DNA from: Narcine bancroftii
Taxonomy: Eukaryota
Direction of reading: 5' to 3'
DNA length: 64,000 nt
Assembly: GCF_036971445.1 (NCBI RefSeq)
Contig: NC_091482.1
Span: 2,728,001 to 2,792,000, forward strand
Positions 12,000 through 24,172 of the stretch are shown here, in pieces. A program made the translations under genes and the position numbers. Every line of letters starts with the position of its first letter. The first letter of the stretch is position 1. Under the pieces are notes generated by a model, which saw only the letters and a list, made by a program, of their open reading frames with translations, was not told the origin of the DNA and did not search any database.

Positions 12000-14900
12000 A
12001 CTTTAAAAAATATATATTTTTCATTTCTTATAAATATACATAGTAAAATATTCAAAAGCACAATAAATTAAACTTTTATATACAAACCCCCCCCCCAATA
12101 TAAATCCACACACCATCAAGAACTCACTTTTATACTATCTATAAAAGATCATGTCTGTTTATATTGTAACATCTGTTATTATAATTGGGCCCCTAAATTG
12201 TCCAAATATGGCTGCCATTATCTTGATAAATGTGTCGGAGTGTTTTGTAGATTGTATGTAATTTTCTTCATAGGTATACAACTATTCATCGTGGTATGAG
12301 TAAGGGAGAACCAGACTTCCAAGTAGTTGCAAAACACTTAACCACTGCTAGAGCTACTTTGACAAAATACATTTGGAATTTAGTTAACTTATTTCAATAA
12401 AATTACCCAAAAAGATAAAACTCCAGGTCGTCTGTGAAGGCCACCCGTTATCCTTGTTAACATTTCCGCTATATCCTGCCAAAAAGACTTCACCTTCACA
12501 GACAACCACATAGTATGTAAAAACGTTCCTGTTTCAATCCCACATCTAAAACACATCACCGCTAGTTCAGATTTTTACCTATGTAACTTCTGTGGCGTAA
12601 GATATAATTGATGTAGGAAGTTATACTGAACCAATCAATTTCTTGCATTGATAATTGATGTCATAATATTCAAACACCAATCAAACCAGCATTTTTCTGA
12701 TATTACAACACCTAAGTTCGACTCCCATCTCGACCTTTGTAAACCTGGTTTTGCACTTTCACTCTGGGGATATAAATTTGGGTGTATTCCCCAGCCAGAT
12801 AGTTCATTTCATTTCAGGTGGGACCAACGCTGGCCCCCATCTTTCTCTCAGGAACTATCTTAGCTGGAGAAAACAGAAGAAAGTCCCATTAGTTACTCCA
12901 TATTTCTGATTTAGTTGATCAAAAGACACAAGAATCTCCTCTGTGTAGAAGTCTTCAATGTAATTCCTTTGTCATACATGGAGTTTAATATTCTGTTACC
13001 TATATTCACAGGCAACAACACATTCTTACATAATACAGGTACACAATCCTTTATCCGGAACCCTTGGGGGACAGTGTGTTCTGAATTTCGGATTTTTCTG
13101 GATTTCGGAAAGCCCACCCGAATTGTGCTGCCTATCCACCCCCACCCCCTTCCAGTCACCCTGCCGCCTCCCCCAACCCCCCTCGCCTGCCCAATTCACG
13201 CTGCTGGTCTCTCAGCTGCCCGACTCGCACTGCCAGTCTCCCCCACCCGCCCGCCCGAATCACGCTGCTGGTCTCTCGCCCACTTGACTCGCGCTGCTGC
13301 TTCTCTCCCCACTTGCTGGATTTTAGATGTCCGGATAAAGGATCGTGTACCTGTAGTGCTCTTAATGATATCCCTGCTTTTTTCCCCAATGCATTCATTG
13401 ATTTTTTTGCCACACTCTAATCACATGAATTAATATAGGATTATCTGTCCTTTTATTAATTTAACACTTCACTTATAGATAAAATACTTCACTGCCCCCT
13501 CTTTCATTGAATATAATCCCATTCAAATCCAAGAAAGGGGGAGGGGCTGCCTACCTCAAAGAAAAATGAAAGAATATGGCCTGTACTGACAAATAATACC
13601 TCCTAAAATCTGGTATCCTAAATTATCCTAGTTTATAATCCCACGTTAATTTTTCCAGTGAAATTCTATTGGAATTTCCCAATACAATTATATAATTATT
13701 TAGAGAATTTTTTTCGGGTAAGAAATAGGCAGCGATTGAAAAAGATCATGTAATCTTGGCATCACTTTCATTTTGACACAGTTAACCCTTCCAATCAAAA
13801 TAATTGGCAAGTCTTTCCATTTGTGCGTATCCTTCTCTGACTTCCCCAACAGGGGAGTATAATTTGCACAAGTTTTGTAGGTTATTATCAATCATGATTC
13901 CTAAGTGTATAATTCCATCTACTTTCTTTTTAAATCGACTTTCTTTTTGGTATTTTCATAATCAAAATTCGTCAATGGCATTATCTCACTTTTATCCGTA
14001 TTAATTTTATAACGTGAAACTCTTCCATATTTTTCCAGTGTTCTTTGTAATTTCTCCAGAGACTTAGTCGGGCCTGATAAATATAGTAGCACATCACAGC
14101 AAATAGGCTGATTTTACATTCTTCTCATCCAACTTTGATGCCTTTAATATCTGGATTTCTCCTTATAATCTCTGCCAGCGGTTCAGTCGGAAAAATGAAA
14201 AGCGCTGGGAAGAGGGGACACCCTTGTCTACTCAATCTACTCAGAAAACCACTGACATTTGACTATTAGTTATAATTTTGGCTGTGGCTTATGAGATAAT
14301 TTTTTTTATCTCAAATTATAAATATTCTACGTATTCCAAAGTTCTCCAATGTGTTAAATAAGAAAGGCCATTGTAAGTGGTTGAATGCCTTTTCAGCGTA
14401 GAGGGAAACCTTCCAGCTTGGTCAATCGATATATCTTGCACTATTACTGGTACATTTTTATTAATTAGAATCGCTACTCCTCTCGCCTTTGAACTTGCTC
14501 CACCATCCTCATTTTTAAAATTTAGCAGGTTCAAATTTAGTAAGGTGTTTCCTGCAGGAAAACTACATTGGCTTTTAGTTTTTAAAGTGTGCCAAGACCC
14601 TTAACTTTTTCACCGGCCCATTTAGCCCATTAATGTTCAGACTAGTAAACTTTAACTTTCTATCCATACCAGTTTTTAAACAAATATTGTTCAACAATAA
14701 AACCTTTTTGATTATTCAAATAACACAGTGATCTTTCCCCTTTTTTAAAAAAAAAATTCCCCTGCTCTTATGGTGAAATAAACAAGAAATCCCAGAAGCC
14801 CATGGAAAAAGCCCACGAAATCTTCCGAGAAAGAACTCTTCCCTTTAGTGCCATCTCGTAGAACTGCACCTCTCCCAGTGCCATTATCCCCCTTAGACCG

Positions 14901-15430
14901 GACTCTCCACCCTTCTTCTATTTTTACCAAGTTCTTGCTCTTTCTTGAGCTCTCGTACAAATTTCCATAACTTTGAACAATAAATACAAGACAGTCCAAA
15001 AATACACTCGGCCTTTAATATCTTTAATCTTTTCATAATCTTTGTAAAAATTCTTCCCTACTCTTGATAAAACGTCGATTGTCATCTGTTACTTCAACCC
15101 TGAGAATCGCAGGACATATCTTTGAGTATTTTATGTTCTTTGACTGCAATTGCCTTTTCACATCGTTGAACTCTTTCCTTTGCTTAATCAGAGTTGGGCT
15201 AAAGTCGTGAAAGAATAACTCCTTTCTGCCGTCAATCTCAAGTAGGCCGTTGTGTTGCTTTGAGTAACCAACTGCTTCTCCCAAAACCATTTCCCGTTCC
15301 TGGTTACTCAAAAATCTAACCAGGACCGGCCTTGGTTGCTAGACAGATCTTCTGAGTCAGAAAGTCTGATTTGTAGTTTTCTGTTGAAATTATTTTCTCC
15401 TAACACTCATGGCATTCACATTTCAAAGAA
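12000..15430 (-). mobile_element. Internally deleted, degenerate LINE-1 (fish-type L1) with ORF1 and ORF2 remnants
   Basis: ORF1 C-terminus at 15033-15311 (FFHDFSPTLIKQRKEFNDVKRQLQSKNIKYSKICPAILRV). ORF2 start MDRKLKFTSLNINGLNGP at ~14667. Endonuclease SSKARGVAILINKN. RT motifs AEKAF..LQWPFLF, RQGCPL.P, GRVNCVKMKVMPRL. C-terminal CFRCG...GTFLH zinc knuckle at ~12500-12560. Confidence 0.85.
13036..13353. mobile_element. Tigger/pogo-like MITE inserted in the L1
   Basis: TIRs CAGGTACACAATCCTTTATCCGG / CCGGATAAAGGATCGTGTACCTG, with TA on both sides. Confidence 0.85.
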
Positions 15431-15454
15431 GCTCACTGGATAATGATCAGGTAC

Positions 15455-16030
15455 CTAAGAGGAACAGAGGGATCTTGGGCTCCAAATCCATACATCTCTC
15501 AATCTTGCTGCGCAGGTTGACAGGATAGTTAAGAAGGCCTATGAGATGCTAGGCTTCATTAGTCGGGGGATTGAGTTCAAGAGTTGAGAGGTCATGTTGC
15601 ATCTCTATTGGGGAGTCTGCACTTAGAATATTCTGTTCAGTTCTGGTCACCTCTCTGAAGGACGTGGAAGCTATGAAGAGGGTGCAGAGGAAATTTACCA
15701 GGATATTGCCTGGATTGGAAAATAAGTCTTGTGTGGCAAGGTTAACAGAGCTGGGACTTTTCACTTTGGAGTGAAGAAGGACATGAGGTGACAATACAAG
15801 TCTACAAGGCATAGATAGGATGGACAACCAGCACCTGTTTCCCAGGGCAGGATGAGCAAACACCAGGGGATGTGTACAAAATGAAGAGAGGGAAATTTAG
15901 GGGAGACGTCAGGGATCAGTTTTACACAGAGTTGTGGGGGCCTGGGATGCTTTGCCAGGGGTGGTGGTGGTAGTGGTGGCTGAAAAATTAGGGGCATTTC
16001 AGAGACTCTTAAGACAGTCACATGGATGAA
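15455..16030 (+). mobile_element. CR1 LINE 3' fragment
   Basis: EEQRDLG motif, then KDVEAMKRVQRKFTRILPGLENKSCVARLTELGLFTLE (CR1 ORF2 C-terminus). Confidence 0.85.
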
Positions 16031-17799
16031 TAAATGTGTATTCAGAGGATGTTGAGTTTGTTTGGGAGTCCTTGGCAAGAGCAGGGTTTCCAACATTTTT
16101 AAATTTTGAAATTTAGCACAATAACAGGAGCCCAAATACCTCCATTAACCTTCAACCCACTCTCCCAGATCCCCTTTCATCTCACAAAAGGATGAGTGGG
16201 ACTGTGACCTTTGCTGACACCACAGTGAGAGCGACACACCTCTATCAGTTTAAGTCGAGACGCTGCTGCTTGACAAACCTGGGCCAACAGTGTCCCCTGG
16301 AGTTGGCAAGGTGGCAGTACAAGTACAAGGTCGGGGAGATTTCAGATTTATTGTCATGACACCACAGGCAACCCTGAGATCCTTTTTCCTGTGGCGAGGC
16401 AGAATTACCCCCTAAATTAAAATTTGTAATTTAGACAAACAGCAGAGGAACAGGCCATTTTGGCCACCCAATTAACCTATACCCTACACCCTCGAATAGA
16501 GGGAGGAAACCCACAAATTCCTTACAGACAGAGCAGGATTCGAACCCCCGTCTTGATTGCTGGCGCTGTAACATTACGCTACTTGCTACACCAACCTTGC
16601 TGCCCTGGTAGTGCAAGAAAGAGACTTCTTGAAGATTGACATTTAAATTCAAAATCAGGTTTATTTTCTTGATGTGTCATGAAATTTGTTGTGTGGAACA
16701 AGGTGAAAAATCACTAAAAATTACATAAGACATTGGAGTACAAATAGGCTATTCAGCCCACTGATCCATTTCCCCATTGCCCGGCCTCTTCCCATAACCT
16801 TTGATGCCCAGGGTCATTAAGAACCTATCAATCTCTACGTTAAATATTCCCAGTGACCCGGCCTCCACAACTGTCTGTGGCAACAAATTCCACAGATTCA
16901 CCATCCTCTGGCTGAAGAAATTCCTCATCATCTCTGTTCCAAGCGGATGCCCTCTTGTCCCAAACTCTCTCTCCGTGGGGAAACAACCTTTCTACATCTA
17001 CTCTGCCACACCACCCAGCACACGCTCTGTTCTCGCTGCTGCCATCAGGAAAGAGGTATCGGCGCCACAAGACTTGCACCACCAGGTTCAGGAACATCCA
17101 CTACCTCCCCATCCCACATTCTCCCCCCCCCCCACCATTAGACTCCTCACAACAAACTCAATCAGGGACATTTGTGCACTTTATTGATTTTCTTTGCTCT
17201 CTGAATTGCACAGTCAGTTTGTTTACATTTGTTACCTGTTTACATTTCTTTATTTGTTTACATGTATATGTTGAGTCACTTTTTTGCACTACCGTTAGGT
17301 GGTAATTCTGCCTCTCCCACAGGGAAAGAATCTCAGGGTTGTATGTGATGTCACATGTATTCTGTCAATAAATCTGAAATATGAACAACTACATAAATGA
17401 ATAATTACTATTTACATATATGTATTTCTTAATATATAAAATTTTTGGAGCAAAATATGTATGCCAGAGTAAAAGCGTGCCAGTAATATTTTTTTTCATG
17501 TCTTGCAGCTCTCAAACATATGAAGTTTATTGTATGTGCTTCTTGCATTGAGTAAGTTTGGCCCTGCTGTATTCCAACCTTCATACTGTTGTCTGAGATC
17601 TTGCCCAGGGTCACTCAGAAGGACACCAGTAATTATTAGGCTGGGATATCTGAAGATTTAGCCATGATCTTCCAGTTGAGAGGTTTTAGACAAATTAAAT
17701 AAATTTCATCAACATTAAACCTTCAGAAGGGATTAGATCACCAAGGTACATCTGCTCAGTTAGAAAAGCTCCCTCCTCAGTTGCAGCTGACTCACCACA

Positions 17800-18300
17800 G
17801 CACTAATACTTGAGTATTGTGTTCACTTCTGGTCATCTCATTACAGGAAGGATGTGGAAGCTGTGGAAAGGGTGCAGAGGAGATTGACCAGGATGTTGCC
17901 TGGATTGGAAAATAAATCTTATGAGGAAAGGTTAGTAGAGCTGGGACTTTTCTCCCTGCAGCGTAGAAGGATAAGAGGAGTCTTAATAGGCTACAAGATT
18001 CTGAGAGGCATAGATAGGGTGGGCAGCCAGCACCTTTTTCCCAGGGTGGGAATAGCAAACACCGGAGGACGTCTGTACAAAGAGAAGGGAGAGAAGTTTA
18101 GGGGAGAGTTGTGGGGGCCTGGAATGCCTTGCCAGGGATGGTGGTGGAGGCTGAACTATTACAGGCATTTAAGAGACTCTTAGACAAGCAGATGGATGGA
18201 AGAAAAATAGAGGGTTCCAGGGTGGGGAGGGTTTAGGTTTTTTTGGTAGGAATATATTGCACAACATCGAGGGCCAAAGGGCCTCAACTGCTCTGTTACG
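17800..18300 (+). mobile_element. CR1 LINE 3' fragment
   Basis: VERVQRRLTRMLPGLENKSYEERLVELGLFSLQRRRIRG..YKILRGIDRV. Confidence 0.9.
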
Positions 18301-19759
18301 TTCTACGCCCCCGTCCTACTGAACTCAGGAGCAGTGTCACCACCACCTTGTAAAGTTGCTTCAATGCTCCCCTATGTACCCCTTGCAGTAAAGGCCAACC
18401 ATCTCCTCTACCTGTATGCGAATATCTTATGTCCTGGTTTCTTCTTCCCACATTTTTCACACATTCAGTTTGAATAAAGAAATGTTTATGTGCCTTCCTT
18501 ACAAACCTCACATTACATCCAAGGGCTTGGTATTACCTTATTTTTAGAACCTTAGAACATTACAGAACAGAAACGAGCCCTTTGGCCCTTCTAGTCTGTG
18601 ACAAACTGTTATTCTGTCACATCCTATTAACCTGCGCCCAGACCATTTCCATCCAAGTACCTCTCTAAATTTTCCTCAAAACATCAACAATGGTCAGAAA
18701 TGAAGCTGGTGCTAACTCCATTAAATAAAGGAAACTTAAGAAAGGAAACATCACAAACCTTATCCAAAATTACAGCGATTTCTCCTGTAAAAATTAATAC
18801 TTTCCTTATATTCCAACTGGACAGCTTCAACCAGACCGTATTAATGTTGATTTCCACTTGCTCTCTTTCCCTCATCCCTCTCTCTCCCCTCCTCCAGCTT
18901 CACACCCCTTTCCCTTCCTCCTGTCAGAGAGTATTGTTCTCAGCCCCATCACCTCAGCTCCTTTCTCTTATTCCCCCTCCCACCTGGTCACCCGTGCTTC
19001 TTCCCCCCCCCACCTTTTTAATCCAGCCGTCCGCCTGATTTTCATCACCCCCAACAAAGGGGCTGGGGTCCAAAACGTCGACCGCTTTTCGCTTTCCAGT
19101 GAGACCTGTTGAGTTTCTCCAGCACTACCTCTGGATGACAAACTTTTTACCCTCTCACCTATCCTATCCATATCCCTCTGTGTGTTCTCATAGCCCCTGT
19201 GCACTGATGCCTGTGCCTGGAACAGATTTGGGCAACAGAGCACAGGATCCCTTTGTCCAAGTCATTGGTATCGAATCTGCATCAGCCATTCCCAGAGGGA
19301 GCCACAGCACATTTCAGTAAAGGCCTTGGGTTTTTTTTCACCTCATAAACATTTTTAATTTTTTTTTAATGCAGTCGGTAGGAGAGAAGTCCAGAAGAAG
19401 CCAAACCTCACAGGGAAGAGGGCCCACAAATTTTGAGCAGAGTCCTGGGGAGGGGACTGTAGCCAAAAAAAAAGGTTGAGAATGGTTGGTATAGATTGTG
19501 AATAGTTGGCTCCCCAGCACCGATTTCTGAACGGACAATGAACCACAGACACTACCTCGATTTCTCTTATTTTTCCAATAATTTATTTGTTTTTCAATGT
19601 AATGTTTACAGCAATATTTGCACTTGATGCTGCCATAAAGCAACAAATTTTGTGATTGATCGCTGTGGACAAGGAGGGAAAAGTAAAGGAGAATAAATCT
19701 TCACAAATTAACCTCCAACCTCCACCTGCTGAAAACCTCAAGGAAAATCACCACAATCT

Positions 19760-19900
19760 CAACCCAATATTAATGAGAAGATTCTAGAAACTAATCCTCT
19801 CGCAGTAGCAATTATCCTAAATGGGTAGTGATAAAGATTACACCCTAGGGACCAAGGCCAACTCATAGGGCTAAGCTGTTTCACATTTATAAAGGGTTTA
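19760..19900 (+). promoter_or_regulatory. Photoreceptor/pineal-type proximal promoter of pinopsin
   Basis: CRX/OTX-type K50 homeodomain sites CTAATCC (19791-19797), AGATTA (19835-19840) and CTAAGCT (~19871-19877). TATAAA at 19888-19893, about 95 nt before the ATG. Confidence 0.7.
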
Positions 19901-19987
19901 CAATCTCCCTGAGATCTCGACCGGGGAAATGGGCAGCTGAGACAGTTGCTCTGAGTCTGAAGGACGAACCTGGCGGATTTGAATGTG

Positions 19988-20325
19988 ATGGGGCTTCCTC
20001 CAGCTTCTCCTGCCTTCTACAATAGAACCGTTGGTGCTTTCAGTGGCCCTCAATGGCCGTACTTTGCCTCAAAGAGCACCTACATGGCTGTGGCCACTCT
20101 GATGGGTGTGGTGGTCCTCCTTTGTGAATGGCCTGGTCATCCTGGTGTCCATCAGGTACAAGAGACTTCGCTCACCCCTCAACTACATCCTGGTGAACCT
20201 GGCTGTGGCCAACCTGATGGTCACTGTCTTTGACAGCACCATCAGCTTCTCCAATAACCTCCACGGTTACTTCACCCTGGGGGAGGCCATATGTCAGTTC
20301 GAAGGCTTCATGGTGTCTCTGACAG
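19988..20325 (+). pseudogene. OPNP: Pinopsin exon 1 (frameshift at ~20117)
   Basis: First frame reads MGLPPASPAFYNRTVGAFSGPQWPYFASKSTYMAVATLMGVVV. The opsin continues in another frame as SFVNGLVILVSIRYKRLRSPLNYILVNLAVANL...CQFEGFMVSLT(G). Donor G|GTGGG. Confidence 0.9.
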
Positions 20326-20721
20326 GTGGGTGCTCCTAAGCTTTGGCTTGTCGCTGTGTGGGGATCTGCCCCTTCTGAGGTTCGTAATCTTGTGGGAGAG
20401 TTAGCTGAGGGATCCTGGTCTGAGCAGGAAGGAACTGTTTGGTCTCCCAGCCCTGTTCCATCATACATTAGGGTTAGGGTTAGGGTTGCCCAGGTCAACC
20501 ATCTGTTCCATTCCCATTCAACCATGTTTGGCACATGTTCCTGAAAGAGTGTGGAGGTGGGGCTAATCAGAGGGTTCTCTGGGGTGGTCATGTCTAAAGC
20601 AAGAAGGTCACGCGCCATCCTGATTGTCAGGTCGTCGGTCCTTCACATCCCTGGGTCTGGACCTGGAACTCTCTCCTTGCCCCGCAGCACCTTCACCAGG
20701 AGAAAGGCAGCGATCCCTATG

Positions 20722-20930
20722 GGTGGCACAGTTAGTGTAGCGGTTAGCCTAACACTATTACAGCACCAGCTACCCAGGTTAGAACTCGTCACTGTCTGTC
20801 AGGAGTTTGTACGCTCTCCCTGTATCTGTGTGGGTTTCTTCCCACCCTTCAAAACGTACCAGGGGTGTAGGTTAATTGGGTGTAATAGGGCACCATGGGG
20901 TCGTGGACCAAGAGGGCCTGTTACTGCGCT
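20722..20930 (+). mobile_element. tRNA-derived V-SINE (HE1-like) in pinopsin intron 1
   Basis: GGTGGCACAGTTAGTGTAGCGGTTAGC head and CTGTCTGTCAGGAGTTTGTACGCTCTCCC...GTGGGTTTC core. Other copies at ~16430-16600, 25100-25290, 35930-36090, 38190-38455, 39235-39470 and 58300-58500. Confidence 0.8.
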
Positions 20931-21423
20931 GCATTCATCATACATACTTGTGTAATAGTCCATCCCGTGTCAACTTCCCCATTTTGGCCCCGACCGCCCG
21001 TCCATCCAAGTTCCCCACACCCTGAATACAGACTCACCACCTGGTCCCGACCATCTGAACACTTGATGCCTCGAACGACGCAGGTACTCACCACGGTCAA
21101 AAGTATGAGTGGTGTAAAAATAGACACACCCCATCCCCCCCCCCCCGCAAATTTGACCCAAAAAACTCAACTATTACACGAGTATATGTGGTGTATGTGA
21201 CTTTATGTCTCCTGCCTTCTCAGGCATGGTCTAACTATGGTGCCCAGATCCTGTGAATGACACCTCCCCCGAGCTGCGGTATCATGAGCTGGAAGGGCCA
21301 ACGGCCTCATCCTGTCAGAGAGAGAGAAAGAGAAGGGGGGGGGGGGTTGGTTTCTGATTAGGACTTGGTCAGGCCGGCATTGGCTCTGGAGACTAAGATG
21401 TATGCTGTGTCCTTCCCGGCAAG

Positions 21424-21606
21424 GTATCGTGGGGCTCTGGCCTCTGGCCATCTTGGCCTTTGAGCGGTACATCGTGATCTGCAAACCCATGGGGAACTTC
21501 CGCTTCCAGCAGCAGCACGCCCTCGGGGGCTGTCTCTTTACCTGGCTCTGGTCGCTGGCCTGGTCCTCTCCACCCCTGTTCGGATGGTGCAGCTATGTCC
21601 CTGAGG
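21424..21606 (+). pseudogene. OPNP: Pinopsin exon 2
   Basis: (G)IVGLWPLAILAFERYIVICKPMGNFRFQQQHALGGCLFTWLWSLAWSSPPLFGWCSYVPE(G), with the ERY motif; AG/GT boundaries. Confidence 0.92.
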
Positions 21607-21914
21607 GTAAGTCTAGGTGCGACGCTTGGGAGGGACCCTCCCCTGCACCACACGTCCCTCGACAACTCCCGCAGGGGACACTGCTGGTCGGTGTCCTCTT
21701 GATTGTCTCACCACCTTCAGCTTCAACCTCCTTCCCTCAACACCCATGGGCAAACTTGTCTTGTATCCCCACAATCACCATCTTTGTAATCATTTTGTAC
21801 ATAACTCCAGCACATAACCACCCTGTTTCTTTCCCCCTACCTCAGCTGGTTCGACTGGTCCATTCTCCCATTGGTTTCCCCCTTCCTTGTTTCCATCCAT
21901 CACCTCAAAGACCA

Positions 21915-22755
21915 TTAGACACAGGAGCAAAAATAGGCTATTCGGCCCATCGAGTCTGCCCATCATTCAGTCATGAACTGATCCATTTCCCCACTCAGCC
22001 TCACTGCCCGGCCTTAAGTCTCTGCCTTAAATACCCACAATGACCCAGCCTCCACAACCACCTGTGGCAACAAATTCCACAGATTGGCTGAAGAAATCCT
22101 CCGCATCCCTGTTTTAAGCAGATGCCCCTCAATCCTGAAGTTGTACCCTCTTGTCCTAGACTCTCCCACCATGGGAAACAACCTTTCTCCATCGACTCTG
22201 TAAATGCCTTTCAACATTCAAAATGTTTCAATGAGATTCCCTCCCTCATTCTCCTAAATTCCAATGAGTTCAGGCCAAGAGCCATCCAACGCTCCTCGTA
22301 TGATAACCCTTTCATTCCTGAAATCATCCTTGTGAACCCTCTCCAATGTCAGCACATCCTTTCTCAAATAACGAGCCCAAAACTGATCACAATTCTCCGT
22401 GAGGACTCACTAGTGCCTTATAAAACCTTAGCATCAAATCCCTGCTTCTGTATTCTATTCCTCTTGAATTGAACTCCACAATCGCATTTGCCTTCTTCGC
22501 CTCCGACTCAACCTGCAAGTTTTCCTGCAGGCCGTCCTGGATGAGGACTCCCAGGTCCCTTTGCATCTGGGTATTTTCAATTTTATCCCCATTTAAAAAA
22601 TAGTCTGCCCGTTTATTTTTTCTACCAAAGTGCACGACTGTCCAGTTTCCATTATTATATTTCACTTGCCACTTTACCCAGCCTCCTGATCTGTCTAAGA
22701 CCTTCTGCAGCCTCTGAGTTTCTTCTCTACCTAACTTTGTATCATCTGCCCTTGT
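21915..22755 (-). mobile_element. CR1 LINE fragment in pinopsin intron 2
   Basis: Minus-strand LQKVLDR..W..KWQVKYN...VVHFGRKNKRADYFLNG...QRDLGVLI...KKANA...RGIEYRSRDLMLRFYKALV. Confidence 0.85.
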
Positions 22756-23148
22756 TGCTCTCTCCATCCTGCCCTCCTCCTCCCCTGTATTCACCCTGCT
22801 CCTGCCAGCTCGTGCCTCATCCCTACCCCTCACCTCTTTATTACCCTCGACACTTGAGATCTCGACCCAGAGTGTCAACCTGCCTCCACAGCCGCAGCCT
22901 GACAGCTGTTCATTTTTCACCGTTTCCTCATGATATCTGGACAGATTCATTAATGATGGTATCACATTTACAGCCCTGGTACCTGGGTTGATAATCTGCT
23001 GCCTACCAAACCCTTTCACTTTGGTAACAACCCCTGAGAGATCATCTCTCACCTCGTGACCAGCCTGCTCTCTCCTGCCAGGTCTGCTCTTTCTTTGTGG
23101 CTCCATTTCTTCATGGATTCGGCTAAGTTATTCCCTTCCCTCAACGCC

Positions 23149-23289
23149 NNNNNNNNNNNNNNNNNNNNNNNNNNNNNNNNNNNNNNNNNNNNNNNNNNNN
23201 NNNNNNNNNNNNNNNNNNNNNNNNNNNNNNNNNNNNNNNNNNNNNNNNNNNNNNNNNNNNNNNNNNNNNNNNNNNNNNNNNNNNNNNNN
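23149..23289. other. Assembly gap (141 N) in pinopsin intron 2
   Basis: Run of N, ending 69 nt upstream of exon 3. Confidence 1.
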
Positions 23290-23358
23290 ATTTCCTGTTA
23301 TAGTACTGATGTGCAATTTGCTTTCATCGCTCAGGCGAGTTTCCTTTCTACTCCCCAG

Positions 23359-23504
23359 GGCTGCGGACGTCTTGTGGGCCCAACTGGTACACAGGTGGGA
23401 CCAACAACAACACCTACGTGGTCACACTGTTTGTCACCTGCTTCCTGATGCCCCTCAGCCTGATCGTCTTCTCCTACGCCAGCTTGCTAGTGGTCCTGCG
23501 AGCT
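23359..23504 (+). pseudogene. OPNP: Pinopsin exon 3
   Basis: (G)LRTSCGPNWYTGGTNNNTYVVTLFVTCFLMPLSLIVFSYASLLVVLRA; acceptor cccAG, donor GTGAGT. Not shown in this frame by the ORF track. Confidence 0.92.
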
Positions 23505-24172
23505 GTGAGTACAGTCAATCGTCCTGTTCCAGTGATCCATGCTCTACCGTTCTGTTTATGTGGACCCTCATCCTGAGTCAGCTGTAAAATGGGGGGGGGG
23601 GGGGTATACACCCCAGTATTTGTGGTAGTCTCTGGGTTAACAAGAACAAACTCAACCTCATTGGTCTGAAGCCAGTAAACCCCAGAGGGTGAGGGTACAA
23701 GTCCAGCCAAGGCAGGTTCAGAGCCTGATAACTGATCACAGGATGGAGTACGTGGCCACCTCCCTGCATTATTGAGATAGTTCACTGGTGTTCCTTGGGG
23801 CCACCGTGATTCCAGTCACACAGTCGTGTGTGCAGTGAGCTCCGAGTGTGACTGGAAGAGAGAGTGGAGAAAGTCACGGAGCAGAGCTGGGACTTCAGAA
23901 GTAGGAATTTTACCCCCGAGCAAACATTCTTTGATGTGGATTAATGCCATGTTTATCACTGTATTTAGTTTTCAACCCTAATGCAGTTGGTGTAGTAGTT
24001 GTATCACCACAGAATTGTGACCACTCATTTTAGGTCACACTTCAACCTCTGCCAACACCAGATCTGGAAGACCACCAGACACAAAGGACACTGTGAGCTC
24101 CCTCCACAGGGAGAAGTCCTCAGGAAAGGAGCAGAGGTCAGCTGGGGTGGATCTCTCTTGTTAACAGTGTAG

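Noticed and set aside
20722-20800. tRNA gene
   Set aside because: The tRNA-like head continues into a SINE core found many times in the window; no complete cloverleaf.
23149-23289. Gap hiding a missing pinopsin exon
   Set aside because: Exons 2 and 3 join seamlessly (VPE-G-LRTSC), so no coding sequence is missing.
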